Below are positions 61,323-64,000 of a DNA stretch of 64,000 bases, one piece after another. Made by a program: the position numbers and the translations under genes. How positions within the stretch are numbered: the first letter of the stretch is position 1; every line of letters starts with the position of its first letter. Under the pieces are notes generated by a model. The model was not told the DNA's origin. It did no database searches and saw nothing but the letters and a program-made list of their open reading frames with translations. The stretch is from an uncultured bacterium (GTDB lineage: Bacteria > Armatimonadota > UBA5829): positions 278,840-342,839 of the forward strand of contig CALJES010000012.1 in the NCBI GenBank assembly GCA_938074205.1. Direction: 5' to 3'.

Positions 61323-64000
61323 ATGCAGTGGGTAGTGTCGTTTCTAGCGCTGTTGTCTTTGAACTTTGTCGTTGTGGCATCAATTCCAAGTAGAGCTTTC
61401 GGAGGAATCATGGTCGCTGCCAAACCGACTATCACGGCTCTTTATATCGGGGCGAACTGGACACCTAAGAATATCGAAGAAGAGATTTGGATTAAAGCAG
61501 AACGGCACGGGGGGTTTCGTTTGGTCGAAGCCAATCTCCCAGCCACGCAGCAAACTGACGTACGCATATGCTACGACCGCACCGCACTTTACGTTCGCTT
61601 CGATTGTTTCGAAGACCGAATGGACTCATTGGTTACGGCTTTCAAGAAAGATGGTGAACCTGTTTGGCAGGACGATTCCGTGGAGTTTTGGATTTCTCCT
61701 TATGCAGTAGCTTCGCGAGATAAGTGCTACCAGTTTGTCGTCAATGCGAGTGGAGTCAAGACGTGTTTGAAAGCCGATTTTACACCTCATCAATGCAAAT
61801 GGGAAGCTAAAACCGTAAAAATGCCTGACCGTTGGGTTGCGATCTTGACCATTCCATATACCGCGCTGAGCCCGACCGGACGTAACGAAGATTGCTGGCG
61901 TGTGTTGTTTGGTCGAAATGAGCGACCCCACATGGAAACCAGCAGCTGGCCTAGCGTGCCTCAGTTTTTCGCAACGTTTTCTCATTTTGCCCGGCTAGTT
62001 CCATCTTCATCACTTTTCCGATTCAACACGTTCAGAGGTAAACTGACAGTGTTGACGCCACCTTCGGATGCTCCTTCCGGACTCGAGCTAGTTACTGTGC
62101 CGGTCAAGTCGGCTTCCCGTAAGGCGCCGTTAGTGATTCCTGAGCCTCAGGAAATACACGTCCGCACAAGTGTTGAGCCCTTCGCTTTTTCATCTGCGAC
62201 GAAAATCATTATAGATTCGGACGCTGATGAAACGGATCTTTGGGCAGTGGAAGAGCTGAATGATGCCATCGAGCAGCTCGGCGGCAAGAGATTGGAGACC
62301 GTACATGCTTTTGCTGTAACGAAAGACCCTTCAGCAATTCGCGATGCTATCATTTTGGGGGAGACATCCAGAAACGAAGTGCTTCAAGCTATCTGCCAGG
62401 CGGAGAACATTTGGCAACCGAGTTCTCCGTGGGGAACTGGTGCGTACGTTGTAGATGTTAATAACTCGCGCGTGGTGCTGTGGGGCGAGAACAAGGTAGA
62501 AACATTTTATGCGGTGCAAACTCTAAAGCAGTTGATCCAAAAAGGGGAGGGCAGTAGGCTATACGTTCCCAGTGTCGTAATCCGCGACTACCCTCGCTTT
62601 GCCTTTAGAGGAACGCATTTACTTTCTGCCAAGGATGGGCTGCAGTATATAGGAAAACTGATCGAAAGGGTTTTGGCTCCTTTGAAGGTCAATCATATCG
62701 TGTTGCAGATGGATAAGGTTGCTTGGACGAGTCATCCGGAGATTGTGGATCCCCAGAACCATATGACCCCGGATGATGTTCGTCAGCTGGTAGATATTGC
62801 ACGGCGCCATCACATCGCTTTAACTCCACTCGTTCAGTCTCCGGGCCATCTTGAGTGGGCATTCCGCGACAAACGAAATCTTGAGTTCGCTGAGGATCCC
62901 GAACATCCCTATAGTTATTGCATGTCAAACCCCAAGTCCTACGATTTTATTTTCTCAATCATGGACGAAGCAATAGAAATGTGCGGAAATCCGGAGTACT
63001 TGCACGCTGGGAGAGACGAATTTGACATGCGGGGCAGGATGCCTTTTGACGACAAATGCAAGGAGACAGGAAAAGAAAAGCTTTACATTCAGGATACGCT
63101 TCGCATATATGAGCACCTAAAGTCAAAAGGCTGCAAGATGATGATGTGGGGCGATGTTCTAATTAGGCCGGAGTTTAGCGAGTTTGTGGACGACCTTCCA
63201 AAGGATATTCTGATCAACGACTGGCACTATGCGCCTACGGAGACCTATCCAAGCATAGACTTCTACGTGTCACACGGGTTTCCGGTTGTGGGCTGCACTT
63301 GGTACGATCCGCGCAACATTGCCCGTTTCTCCCGGTACGCTGCTGAACGCAGCGTTCTGGGAATGATGCAGACTACCTGGACCGGTTTCCAGCCGGAGGA
63401 AGTAGTGCTTAAAAAATGGCCTGAGCAGGCTTACGCATACGTTTTGTCCGCTGCCTGGGCCTGGAATCCGAAAACTGCTGATCTTGCCAAACTACCTTAT
63501 AGGGGCGACGTAGTTTTCAAAAAAGCTTGGGGTGAACTACCTTCGCATCAATCTGGCAAGTACGCCGTTGTTAGGTTGGATAGTTACTGCAATGTGGCTC
63601 GTGTTGATTCGGCGCGCAAAATAGGATGGCTGGGTGTCGGGCGCGGATACGACTTGGGGGAACTGCCAGCAGGGCTCGTTTCCATAGATGAGGTTCCTTT
63701 CTATATATTGCCTGCAAATAGGAACACGCCGTCTGCAATAATGCTCGGCGGAACTGGTGTGGCGCAAGACCTTCCGAGTGTTGTCAAGCAGGTTCGTCTA
63801 GATGGTTACGTAAAATCGCTTCGTTTCCTGCACGGTTGCGCCTATGGGGTCGAAAGTGGGTGCGGCGTCGGCAAGTACGTTGTACGCTTCGAAGACGGCA
63901 CAACGGAAATGATCGAGTTGATATGTGGGAACAATATCTTTGCTTGGGATGACCAATCGACAGCGGCTACCTACGGGCATTCTTGGAAGACTCTTCTGCG
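61323..64000 (+). CDS. Secreted GH20-like glycoside hydrolase (beta-N-acetylhexosaminidase family) with an N-terminal CBM9/DOMON-like domain. It is truncated at the window end.
   Basis: This ORF is not in the supplied track because it has no stop within the window. I translated it myself. The signal peptide is 'MQWVVSFLALLSLNFVVVASIP'. The GH20 motifs are 'RDYPRFAFRGTHL' and 'HAGRDE'. A CBM9-like segment reads 'LYVRFDCFED...WQDDSVEFWISP'. Confidence 0.55.
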   Translation, partial: MQWVVSFLALLSLNFVVVASIPSRAFGGIMVAAKPTITALYIGANWTPKNIEEEIWIKAERHGGFRLVEANLPATQQTDVRICYDRTALYVRFDCFEDRMDSLVTAFKKDGEPVWQDDSVEFWISPYAVASRDKCYQFVVNASGVKTCLKADFTPHQCKWEAKTVKMPDRWVAILTIPYTALSPTGRNEDCWRVLFGRNERPHMETSSWPSVPQFFATFSHFARLVPSSSLFRFNTFRGKLTVLTPPSDAPSGLELVTVPVKSASRKAPLVIPEPQEIHVRTSVEPFAFSSATKIIIDSDADETDLWAVEELNDAIEQLGGKRLETVHAFAVTKDPSAIRDAIILGETSRNEVLQAICQAENIWQPSSPWGTGAYVVDVNNSRVVLWGENKVETFYAVQTLKQLIQKGEGSRLYVPSVVIRDYPRFAFRGTHLLSAKDGLQYIGKLIERVLAPLKVNHIVLQMDKVAWTSHPEIVDPQNHMTPDDVRQLVDIARRHHIALTPLVQSPGHLEWAFRDKRNLEFAEDPEHPYSYCMSNPKSYDFIFSIMDEAIEMCGNPEYLHAGRDEFDMRGRMPFDDKCKETGKEKLYIQDTLRIYEHLKSKGCKMMMWGDVLIRPEFSEFVDDLPKDILINDWHYAPTETYPSIDFYVSHGFPVVGCTWYDPRNIARFSRYAAERSVLGMMQTTWTGFQPEEVVLKKWPEQAYAYVLSAAWAWNPKTADLAKLPYRGDVVFKKAWGELPSHQSGKYAVVRLDSYCNVARVDSARKIGWLGVGRGYDLGELPAGLVSIDEVPFYILPANRNTPSAIMLGGTGVAQDLPSVVKQVRLDGYVKSLRFLHGCAYGVESGCGVGKYVVRFEDGTTEMIELICGNNIFAWDDQSTAATYGHSWKTLL

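Noticed and set aside
1-64000. CRISPR arrays, rRNA/tRNA genes, IS elements or integrase genes.
   Set aside because: I saw no regularly spaced direct repeats, no transposase- or integrase-like ORFs and no tRNA-like T-loop consensus in the larger intergenic gaps. A by-eye tRNA scan is unreliable, so a small RNA gene could have been missed.

Overview
This window is a 64 kb stretch of bacterial chromosome of moderate GC, densely packed with about 50 protein-coding genes on both strands. I found no rRNA, tRNA or CRISPR array by eye. Most genes are housekeeping: Kdo precursor enzymes (kdsD, kdsC) next to a GT-C/GT2 glycosyltransferase pair; nrdR with the class II RNR nrdJ; an argB-argD-argF-argG-argH operon; thrC, hom, accB, purC, apgM, tilS, glcD/glcF, two tandem hisA-like genes and valS. 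A carbohydrate-utilisation cluster spans 10.3-19.3 kb (GH130, Na+/solute symporter, clan GH-A hydrolase, sugar isomerase, GH51 arabinofuranosidase). Secreted enzymes include a large papain-like C1 peptidase and a GH20-like hydrolase. Two regions look accessory. The first is a PIN-domain gene followed by a 1084-aa Upf1-like SF1 helicase carrying a long coiled-coil insertion and an unassigned C-terminal HxK/Cys-rich region (21.7-25.5 kb). The second, and the most striking feature, is a complete eukaryote-like ubiquitin-conjugation operon on the minus strand (27.5-32.0 kb). It encodes a beta-grasp ubiquitin-like protein ending in GG plus a CFCVC tail, an E1 (ThiF-like), two tandem membrane-anchored C4HC3 RING-variant zinc-finger proteins, a membrane-anchored JAB/JAMM peptidase and an E2 with the HPN...C active-site motif. 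A GAF-PP2C phosphatase and an RsbW-like kinase are transcribed divergently from it. A strong sigma70-type promoter and intrinsic terminator bracket a roughly 185-nt candidate small RNA or leader upstream of glcD.
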